64,000 nt of DNA from the human T2T-CHM13v2.0 reference genome, Homo sapiens. This document shows positions 63,301 through 64,000 of this stretch, piece after piece. A program made the position numbers and the translations under genes. Within the stretch, counting starts at the first letter, position 1, and each line of letters opens with the position of its first letter. Location: NCBI RefSeq assembly GCF_009914755.1, contig NC_060926.1; one strand, given 5' to 3'. A model generated the notes under the pieces. It did not search any database. It saw only the letters and a program-made list of their open reading frames with translations, and was not told where the DNA came from.

Positions 63301-63418
63301 AAGAATATAAAGTCGTCCCTCAGTATCAGTAGGAGATTGGTTCCAGGACCCCCCACAGATACCAAAATCCACAGATGCTCAAGTCCCTCATATGAGCTGG
63401 TGTACTATTTGCATTTGA

Positions 63419-63841
<423 letters not shown>

Positions 63842-64000
63842 TAATACAATGTGAATGCTATGTATTAATAAATAGTTGCTATACTGTATTGTCCAGGTAA
63901 TAGTGACAAGGGAAAAACATTTGTACATGTTCAGTATAGACAAACCATTCTTTTTTTCCAAAAATTTTGATCTGGTTGAATTCACAGATGCAGAACCCAC

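Overview
Human (primate) genomic DNA covering most of KIF1A (kinesin-3 neuronal motor) on the minus strand. It runs from part of intron 1 and the first coding exon (ATG at 54154) through 31 coding exons that I mapped to base-pair splice boundaries: motor domain, neck coil, FHA and stalk. The gene continues beyond position 1, and exon 1/promoter lie beyond 64000. Exon numbers follow my recollection of the long isoform. The exon chain splices into one continuous frame. Recognisable splicing features are an 18-nt K-loop microexon, a 27-nt microexon, a 75-nt alternative acceptor, the poly-Glu cassette exon '25b', a GC-AG intron and a triple-CAG acceptor. Introns hold six Alus, MaLR/ERVL LTRs, old L1 pieces, MER2, a 34-bp VNTR with a 234-bp higher-order repeat, and a ~5-kb strand-asymmetric repeat domain containing a 1.3-kb (UG)-rich array. 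I see no new gene system. The best leads are splicing hypotheses: candidate poison/micro-exons in introns 25 and 27, and repeat arrays that present mass decoy splice sites or TDP-43-type sites next to motor-domain exons. Almost all ORFs in the supplied track are GC- or repeat-driven artefacts.
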